Assembly: GCA_040389905.1 (NCBI GenBank)
Contig: JAZJZK010000008.1
Coordinates: forward strand, 96,001-160,000
Reading direction: 5' to 3'
DNA: 64,000 bases
Origin: Gemmatimonadota bacterium
GTDB lineage: Bacteria; Gemmatimonadota; Gemmatimonadetes; Gemmatimonadales; Gemmatimonadaceae
Of the stretch, positions 57,748-64,000 are shown in pieces. The notes beneath the pieces were generated by a model. It was not told the origin of the DNA, did not search any database, and was given only the letters and a program-made list of their open reading frames with translations. The position numbers and the translations under genes were made by a program. Numbering within the stretch: the first letter of the stretch is position 1; each line of letters opens with the position of its first letter.

Positions 57748-57980
57748 GATACGACCTCGATCGCTTCGAGCTCATCGATGTACAATGTGAACGTGTCACC
57801 GGTTGTCGGGTGATGCGCATCGAGCGCCTCGCGCCCGCTCTCGACGCGCATGCGGTCGACCACGATCATGAACTCGCTGCCATTGCGATAGACGGCGAGC
57901 CGGCGGCGATCAGCGATGGCGCGCTCGAGGGCGTCGTACTGCGCCGACGTGAGTTGCGTAATCTTGTTACGACCGGGCAT
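57744..57980 (-). CDS. small hypothetical protein (possible SH3/WYL-like fold)
   Basis: QYDALERAIADRRRLAVYR..., GTGA overlap with rnhA. Start set at ATG 57980. Confidence 0.7.
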   Translation of the reverse strand: MPGRNKITQLTSAQYDALERAIADRRRLAVYRNGSEFMIVVDRMRVESGREALDAHHPTTGDTFTLYIDELEAIEVVS

Positions 57981-58015
57981 TGAGGAAAACTGGTAGTTGG
58001 CAAACTGCCACAAAC

Positions 58016-58360
58016 GTACTCGGTACTTCGTCCACCACAGACGTACGAGGTACCCTGACCCGGTACCCGGACTTGCATCCGAGCCAAAGAGAGCCATCGA
58101 ACCATCGAACAGAAACTACAACACTGACGTACGCCGTACTTGGTACAACCACTGACGTACGAGGTACCCGGAACCTTGTACCGGGACTGGCCCTCCTGCC
58201 AAGAAGAGCCATAGACGGCAGTGTCGCGCTGCGAGCGTGTCGCCTCACGACATCTTGCCCGGGCAGGCCCCAAGGATGCCGTTGATGCCATCCAAGGGTT
58301 CGATGGCTCTCCTTGGGTTCGATGCCAGTCCGGGTACCTGGCACAGGGTACCTCGTACGT
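58016..58360. repeat. GTAC-rich repeat: two direct copies and one inverted copy of an approximately 63-bp unit
   Basis: ACGTACGAGGTACCC...GTACC.GGACT...GAGAGCCAT at 58041-58103 and 58155-58212; reverse complement at 58297-58360. Confidence 0.85.
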
Positions 58361-58373
58361 ATCTGGTTTTCAG

Positions 58374-59537
58374 CTAGCTGAGCCACCGTTGCGCAAACAG
58401 CGCCAACGCCTCTACCGCCTGATCGATCTCTCGCAAAGGAAGGTACTCCTCCGCCGCGTGCGCCAGCGAGATGTCGCCCGGTCCGAACAGCACCGTCGGA
58501 ATTCCAGCGGCGTTGAGCAAGGATGCGTCTGTCCATGCCGACATGCCGGCGATCACGCGCGTTCCCGTGCACTCCTCCACGGCCGCGGCGAGTTGCTCCA
58601 CGATCGGTTCCGTCACGGCGACGTCACTAGGCTCCTGCGCGAGGAGCAGCCGGACGTGTGCTGAAAAGGTATCGCGCCGTTGCCGCACCGCGGCGCATGC
58701 CCACTCGACTTCGGACAGGATGTCGTCTGCGGTCTCACCGGGGAGTGTGCGTCGCTCGATCTTGAGCACGCAGCGGTCAGGGTAGGTGGACATGCCGATC
58801 CCGCCCTCGATGAACGACGCATGCACGGATGCGCGCCCGAGAAGTGCGTGGACCGTGAGTGGAAGTACGACGGCATCGATTCGGTCCAGCTCCGCGAGGA
58901 GGAGTCCCGCGTGGCGGATGGCATCGACGCCGAGCTCCCATCGGCTGCCGTGTGCCGCCTTGCCCGTGATGACGACCTCGACCCACACGAAGCCACGATG
59001 CGCCGGCATGACGGCAAGCTGCGTGGGTTCGGTGATGATCGCCGCATCGGCGCGCACGCCGCGGGCGATGAGCGCTTTCGTTCCCGCACTCTCGAATTCC
59101 TCGTCGGCGACCGCGGCGACAACGATCTCCCCCGGCAACCCCGCGCGTGCTGCGCGCCACGCCGCCGCGCACATGGCAGCAATGCCCCCCTTCATATCGC
59201 AGGCGCCACGACCGTAGAGACGTCCGTCCCGTTGCACCGCCTCGAAAGGCGGGTGGATCATTCCGTCAATGCCGACCACGTCGAGGTGGCCGTTGTACAT
59301 CAGCGTCCTGCCATTCTGCGCAGAGCCGATGCGCGCCACGAGGTTTGGCCGACCAGGCGCCGCCTCATGCATCTCCGTCGAAAACCCCCACGCCCTGAGC
59401 ACATCGCGGAGCAACTCGGCGCAGGCGCGCTCACCGGGGCCGTCCCCAACCAGCGACGGATTCCGTGAGTCGACACGCACCAATGCTCTGCATAGAGCGC
59501 CGGCGTCGCCTGGTTCAATATGGTCGGTCGGCATCAT
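58374..59537 (-). CDS. M20 family ArgE/DapE-like deacylase
   Basis: NGHLDVV, GRGACDMKGG, DEEF, ITEPT, GKAAHGS, WTDA, FGPG, AHAAEE. Confidence 0.93.
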   Translation of the reverse strand: MMPTDHIEPGDAGALCRALVRVDSRNPSLVGDGPGERACAELLRDVLRAWGFSTEMHEAAPGRPNLVARIGSAQNGRTLMYNGHLDVVGIDGMIHPPFEAVQRDGRLYGRGACDMKGGIAAMCAAAWRAARAGLPGEIVVAAVADEEFESAGTKALIARGVRADAAIITEPTQLAVMPAHRGFVWVEVVITGKAAHGSRWELGVDAIRHAGLLLAELDRIDAVVLPLTVHALLGRASVHASFIEGGIGMSTYPDRCVLKIERRTLPGETADDILSEVEWACAAVRQRRDTFSAHVRLLLAQEPSDVAVTEPIVEQLAAAVEECTGTRVIAGMSAWTDASLLNAAGIPTVLFGPGDISLAHAAEEYLPLREIDQAVEALALFAQRWLS

Positions 59538-59560
59538 TCCGTGGTAAACAATCGACTCTT

Positions 59561-59758
59561 TTGACCGCAGAGGGCGAGAGGAGCAGAGGGCCGCAGAGGA
59601 AACTACAAAGGTGCAGGCCCTACGCGGAGTTTACCATTGAGGAGCGCGAGTGACGAAGGGCTCAGGGCGACAAAACGAGCGGAAGAGTGCATCATATCCA
59701 CACGCGATCACGCTTTTCCTCTGCGCCCCTCTGCTCCTCTCAAGCCTTCTGCGGTAAG
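59561..59758. repeat. composite element: ACCGCAGAGG-family inverted arms enclosing a REP-like unit
   Basis: Arms 59563-59603 / 59714-59757; internal GTGCAGGCCCTACG...GAAGGGCTCAGGGCGACA 59611-59672. Confidence 0.82.
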
Positions 59759-59792
59759 ATCAGTTGTCGTTGTTGCTGCTCTCGCGACAAGC

Positions 59793-60740
59793 TCATTGTG
59801 ACGCCAAGGTCGGCAAGAGCGCAAACCCATCGTTATCCACCTCGAACTCAAGACGTTCGCCCAGCGGAGCGAGCGCCTGCGCCAGTTCGGTCTCGCGTCC
59901 GTCAGCCGCAATCGCCAGCACGCAGCCGCCGCCGGAGGCACCCATGGCCTTTACGCCGAGCGCACCAGATCGCATCGCCGCGTCGGTGATGGCGTCTATT
60001 CGCGGTGTGGTGATGGAGGGATGCAGTATACGCTGATGTGACCAGTGCTCGCCGATCATCTCCGCGAGCGCACCGAGATCACCGGAGCGAGCCGCGCTGG
60101 CCATGTATGCCGCCAACGCCTTCATGCGCGCGAGTGCACCCACCACGCGGGCTTCCCCCGCCAGGTACGCGTCGCGCACGGCGAGGATCGTGTCCCCGGA
60201 GATTCGCGATTCTCCGGTGTATACGAGGATTCCTCGGCGCGACAATGCAGTGCAGAAATCCGCCGAAACGGGAAGCTGCGTTACGGTGACATCGTCCCCA
60301 AAGGTGAGCAGTAGTGCGCCGCCGTACGCCGCAGCAAAGTGGTCCTGATATCCGCCGGGGACGCCCAGTTCCTCCACCTCCGTCTCCCTGCTGCGCATCG
60401 CGAGCGCATGACGATCGATCGCGTCGCCAGCTCGCACGGCGAGCGCGCCGGCAAGTGCAACGCCCGCTGCGGAGGATCCGCCAAGCCCGGCGGCAATCGG
60501 GAAGTCGCTCGTGAGCTGCACACCGGAGTCATGCGCCGCTGACCGCCGGAGTGCTGCTCGTACCAGGCCATCGAGAGCGGAGGGATCGCCGGTATCGCCG
60601 TCGGTTACGATGGCCGTCGCGTAGCGTGCGATGGCAATGTTGCAGACGGCGCCCCCTTCGCGAGCGCTGTAGGGGGGGACGTCAGTCCACCCCCCGCCGA
60701 AATCCAACCGGGTTGGTGCGCGTGCGGCGATCCGCCGCAC
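59793..60740 (-). CDS. GHMP sugar kinase (HddA/heptose-7-phosphate kinase or fucokinase-like)
   Basis: APTRLDFGGGWTD, PIAAGLGGSS, GGYQD, KAMGASGGGC. Start GTG 60740. Confidence 0.9.
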   Translation of the reverse strand: MRRIAARAPTRLDFGGGWTDVPPYSAREGGAVCNIAIARYATAIVTDGDTGDPSALDGLVRAALRRSAAHDSGVQLTSDFPIAAGLGGSSAAGVALAGALAVRAGDAIDRHALAMRSRETEVEELGVPGGYQDHFAAAYGGALLLTFGDDVTVTQLPVSADFCTALSRRGILVYTGESRISGDTILAVRDAYLAGEARVVGALARMKALAAYMASAARSGDLGALAEMIGEHWSHQRILHPSITTPRIDAITDAAMRSGALGVKAMGASGGGCVLAIAADGRETELAQALAPLGERLEFEVDNDGFALLPTLASQ

Positions 60741-60744
60741 GGCG

Positions 60745-61485
60745 CTACTTCTTCTTCTTGGCCGGTGCCTTGGCGCTCTTGTCAGCCGACTTGGAGCCGG
60801 CTTTCGTCGAGCTGGCGGGTTTGCTCGCCGTACCCTTTGCTGGCGCCTTGGCCGCGGGTTTCGCGGCGGCCTTGGGGGCCGGCTTCGCAGGCGCTTTCGC
60901 TGCGGGCTTGGCGGCCGGCTTGGCCGGGGCGGGTGCTGCCTTCGGCGGCGCCGGCGGCGGTGGAGGCGGCGTTTGCTTGACCTGCGCTGGTGTGGGAACC
61001 GGCGGGGTGGCGGGCCGCGGGCCGCCAGTGCGTAGCGAGAAGGCGCCAGGGCGTTGCGGAGGCGCAATGAGCGCTGCCGCCGCATTGGCGGCATCGCGCG
61101 CCGCCTTGTCGACCGCCGCCTTGTCCGCGGCGATCTTGGAGGCGGTGGGGCGACCCTTTTCGCTGGAGGGCTTCTTGGAGTGAGCCTCCTCCGCCTCCCG
61201 GATCAGCTTGTCGGCCTCCTCCTGCGTCATCTGACCGCGTCGCACCATGTACTGCACGAGGTCGCGCGCGCTCTCGATCGCGAAGCCGGCGAGGCCGGCC
61301 GCCGCGCTGATCACGTCCTTCATGGCGGAAGAGACCTTGCTTCCGGCCTCCTGGCTGATCAGCTGCGCACGTTCGGCCATTTCGGCCACCGTGTCGCGCA
61401 TGTCGGCGCCGCGGTGTCCGGGTCCTCGACGTGGGGCCGCCGGTGCGGCGGGAGCCTTGTCCTCGTCCATCTCCTTATCCACCAT
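60745..61485 (-). CDS. phasin-like domain fused to a histone H1-like AKP tail (PhaF-like architecture)
   Basis: AGLAGFAIESARDLVQYMVRRGQMTQEEADKLI followed by a Pro-rich linker and KPAAKAPAK repeats. Confidence 0.7.
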   Translation of the reverse strand: MVDKEMDEDKAPAAPAAPRRGPGHRGADMRDTVAEMAERAQLISQEAGSKVSSAMKDVISAAAGLAGFAIESARDLVQYMVRRGQMTQEEADKLIREAEEAHSKKPSSEKGRPTASKIAADKAAVDKAARDAANAAAALIAPPQRPGAFSLRTGGPRPATPPVPTPAQVKQTPPPPPPAPPKAAPAPAKPAAKPAAKAPAKPAPKAAAKPAAKAPAKGTASKPASSTKAGSKSADKSAKAPAKKKK

Positions 61486-61740
61486 GTCGACGGCCGTTCC
61501 ATGCTCGGGGGAGGGACTCCCCGTTTAATTGAAGGTCATGCGATCGCGCACTAACTTCCTGCGCGCCAGATCTCAGGCCCGAATTATCGCGGCAAGTATA
61601 TGATTTTTCGACAGCTACGCAAGGTTTACTGACACACCGCGCGAACCTTTTTCGCGACGTTTTCCACGGTGTTCTCCGTGAATGCGCCGAGAGAATCCCA
61701 CTAAAGATATAACATCATCGCGACACTTACATTGCACTAA

Positions 61741-62823
61741 ATGCTCACCAAGACAAAAATAGTGGATTTGAGCAGGGTGTTGGCGGGGCCACTGTGCACC
61801 ATGATGCTGGCAGACATGGGTGCAGAAGTGGTCAAAGTGGAGCGGCCTCATGCGGGGGACGAGACGAGGGGCTGGGGGCCGCCATTCGATGGGCGCGGAG
61901 AGAGCGCCTACTACCTGAGCGTCAATCGAAACAAGCTCAGCACCGCGTTGGACCTGGATGATGCGGCGGATCAGGCGGTGCTCGTGCGGCTCATTAGCGC
62001 TGCCGACGTGGTTGTGGAGAACTTTCGCCCAGGCGTGATGGAGCGGCGCGGATTGGGCGCCGAGTCCATGCGAGCGATCAATCCGGGGCTCATCTGGTGC
62101 ACCATTGGCGGCTTCGCCGATACCCCAAACCGGCCAGGCTACGATTTCGTCGTTCAAGCCGAGTCCGGTTGGATGTCGATCTCGGGCGAGCCGCAGGGGG
62201 CGCCGATGAAGCACGGCATGGCGCTCGCCGACATTCTGGCCGGAAAAGACGCCGCGATCGCCATCCTCGGCGCGCTGGTCGAGCGCGCACGAACCGGTGC
62301 TGGGCGCACCGTGAAGGTCTGGCTCGAGGAGACGGCCGAGGCGGCGCTCGTGAACGTCGCGCAGAATGCCCTCGTCTCGGGGAATGCACCGAAGCGGTGG
62401 GGTAATGCGCACGCCAACCTCGTACCGTACCAGCTCTTCGATGCGGCGGACCGGGCGATCGTGATCGCCGTCGGGAGCGACGCGCAATTCGTCGCATGCA
62501 TGCAGGCATTGGAGTTGGAGGAGTTGGCCTCCGATCCGGCGCTGGCGACCAACGCCGGGCGATTGGCCGAGCGCGCGCGCGTTGTATCGGCCATGGGGGC
62601 GCGTCTCGGCGAGCGAACCGCGGATGCGTGGCGAGTACGGTTGGACGCCGCAGGCGTGCCGAACGGCGTGGTGAAATCGGTACTCGAGGTGTTGGCAAAC
62701 CGGGAAGGGTCGGCGCTCTCGGGGATGCCGCCGTCGGTCCCGGGTTCGGTTCGGCTACCGCCGCCAATGCTGGGCGAGCACACGGAAGTGGTACGGCAGT
62801 CCGGGTGGGGAGCATTTGCCTAG
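61741..62823 (+). CDS. CaiB/BaiF family class III CoA-transferase
   Basis: DLSRVLAGP, LADMGAEVVKVE, NRNK, ADVVVENFRPG, PGYD, AESG, ALAD. Confidence 0.95.
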   Translation: MLTKTKIVDLSRVLAGPLCTMMLADMGAEVVKVERPHAGDETRGWGPPFDGRGESAYYLSVNRNKLSTALDLDDAADQAVLVRLISAADVVVENFRPGVMERRGLGAESMRAINPGLIWCTIGGFADTPNRPGYDFVVQAESGWMSISGEPQGAPMKHGMALADILAGKDAAIAILGALVERARTGAGRTVKVWLEETAEAALVNVAQNALVSGNAPKRWGNAHANLVPYQLFDAADRAIVIAVGSDAQFVACMQALELEELASDPALATNAGRLAERARVVSAMGARLGERTADAWRVRLDAAGVPNGVVKSVLEVLANREGSALSGMPPSVPGSVRLPPPMLGEHTEVVRQSGWGAFA

Positions 62824-62967
62824 GCGCCGTACCCCGAGCGCCTGATCCAAGGGCTCCCGTTACGACCCCAGCTTGTCCGTCGTCTGGTGGACGTGGGAAC
62901 CCGATCTGTTGTAAATGCTGGGCCTGCCGCCCTGTCACAAGCGCGATTTCTGCGTTACTCTATCGTC

Positions 62968-63534
62968 GTGAGGACGACAGAGCAGGAACTGCTTATTGAT
63001 CAGGACGATTCTGATCAACGCATCATTCAGCGCGTGCTCGCGGGCGACCGCGATGAGTTCACCGTGCTGATCACTCGGTACAGCGATCCGCTGTACCGAC
63101 ACGCACTCTGCATGACGGGAAGTCCGGACGTCGCAGAGGATATCCTGCAATTGTCGTTCATCAAGGCCTATCAGCACCTCGCGGAGGTTCGCGGGCGCTT
63201 CGACGCGTGGGTCTTCCGCATCGTCGCCAATGGGTGCAAGGATTGGCTCAAGAACATTCGTCGCTCGCACCTGAGCTACGAGGAAGACGATCAGCCGTCC
63301 GCTTTTGCGACTCCCGAAGAAGAGCTCGACCGCACGGAACTTCGTACTGATCTGGATCTCGCCCTTTCGACATTGCCGGCGTCGCTGCGCGAAGCGTTCG
63401 TGATGAAGCACGTCGAGGGCCGCTCGTACGAAGAAATGGCCGACCTGCTCGGTACAACGGTTGGCGCATTGAAGATGCGGGTACATCGTGCACGAGAAGC
63501 GCTCCAGGCCTTACTCGAGGAAAAATACGCCTAA
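62968..63534 (+). CDS. ECF RNA polymerase sigma factor
   Basis: GDRDEF, AEDILQLSFIKAY, FDAWVFRIVAN, EGRSYEEMA, GALKMRVHRAR. Start uncertain (62887-62968). Confidence 0.95.
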   Translation: MRTTEQELLIDQDDSDQRIIQRVLAGDRDEFTVLITRYSDPLYRHALCMTGSPDVAEDILQLSFIKAYQHLAEVRGRFDAWVFRIVANGCKDWLKNIRRSHLSYEEDDQPSAFATPEEELDRTELRTDLDLALSTLPASLREAFVMKHVEGRSYEEMADLLGTTVGALKMRVHRAREALQALLEEKYA

Positions 63535-63535
63535 C

Positions 63536-63961
63536 ATGATGTTCGACGATCTTCACTCAGACGGCGCCAGCGAGAGCCGGAAACGGGAACGTTCGGGAAA
63601 CGACGAGCGCCCGCTCGCAGATCGTGAAGTTCCGATCAACCCACCGAGCGACATGACGCTCGCGAAGTCGGTGCATGCGTGGCTCGACGGCGATACGCCG
63701 GAGCGCGATGCCCGCCGAGGCGAGTGGTCGCGTGATGTCGAGTTCTGGAAGCGACTCGACGATGATCTTGCGCGCCGCCGCCGGATGCGTACGCCTGCTG
63801 GCTTGCAGTCGCGCATCATGGACGCCATCCCGCAGCATGCGCCGGTCGTCATCACGCCCTGGTGGCGGCGCGAGTTCGTCGTCACGCCGTCGAGTGCGTT
63901 GATCGTCGCTGGGGCGCTCATGGCGGCGACGTCGGCTGCCACCGTGGCGATGCTGAAGTAG
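63536..63961 (+). CDS. putative membrane anti-sigma factor
   Basis: 1 nt after the sigma stop; VHAWLDGD, PAGLQSRIM (anti-sigma-like), C-terminal TM. Confidence 0.7.
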   Translation: MMFDDLHSDGASESRKRERSGNDERPLADREVPINPPSDMTLAKSVHAWLDGDTPERDARRGEWSRDVEFWKRLDDDLARRRRMRTPAGLQSRIMDAIPQHAPVVITPWWRREFVVTPSSALIVAGALMAATSAATVAMLK

Positions 63962-63962
63962 C

Positions 63963-63997
63963 CAGGAGACAGGGGACAGGTATCAGGCGACAGGAAC
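63963..63997 (+). repeat. heptamer array (left arm, window edge)
   Basis: CAGGAGACAGGGGACAGGTATCAGGCGACAGGAAC, same family as 20434 and 38526. Confidence 0.75.
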
Positions 63998-64000
63998 AAC

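Noticed and set aside
58016..58360. Possible CRISPR array
   Set aside because: Only two degenerate direct copies plus an inverted one, irregular spacing, and no cas genes.
60741..61094. Arg-rich N-terminal extension of the GHMP kinase
   Set aside because: Alternative frame of the AKP-repeat gene; the kinase motif starts just after GTG 60740.
62895..62960. ECF promoter for the second sigma gene
   Set aside because: GGAAC and CGTT words are present but not at 16-17 nt spacing.
1..64000. Prophage, IS element, tRNA or rRNA
   Set aside because: No integrase, transposase, phage structural genes or cloverleaf/rRNA signatures were recognised.

Overview
GC-rich bacterial chromosomal segment, densely coding, with about 68 CDS. 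I found no rRNA, tRNA, CRISPR, integrase or transposase. The gene repertoire (Hanks kinase-TolB-TPR protein, ECF/anti-sigma/PDZ module, NatAB-like ABC pair, orphan PAS-GAF kinase) suggests Gemmatimonadota, which is an inference. Main content: (1) a sufB-C-D-U-Rieske-S Fe-S operon with a clear sigma70 promoter overlapped by an IscR/Rrf2-type box; (2) a WtpA/ModA-clade oxyanion ABC transporter; (3) a xanthine-dehydrogenase-family molybdoenzyme whose FAD subunit lies about 11 kb from the Mo and 2Fe-2S subunits; (4) a cupin-HipA-like kinase-DUF3037 tricistron; (5) many glycan-related genes scattered among housekeeping genes (GT2, GT4, GT-C-like, exostosin/GT47, methyltransferases, SGNH, GHMP kinase); (6) two ECF sigma/anti-sigma pairs, RNase D and RNase HI. 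Most notable observations: the WtpA-like binding protein has Ala at both carboxylate positions used for octahedral tungstate binding. The RNase HI has a rewired active site (Glu48-equivalent is Ala, a new Glu follows Asp10, Asp134-equivalent is Asn). An S8 lipoprotein peptidase carries a -1 frameshift. At least five families of intergenic palindromic or heptameric repeats occur, some nested and some translated. All family assignments come from motif recognition by eye; no searches were run.
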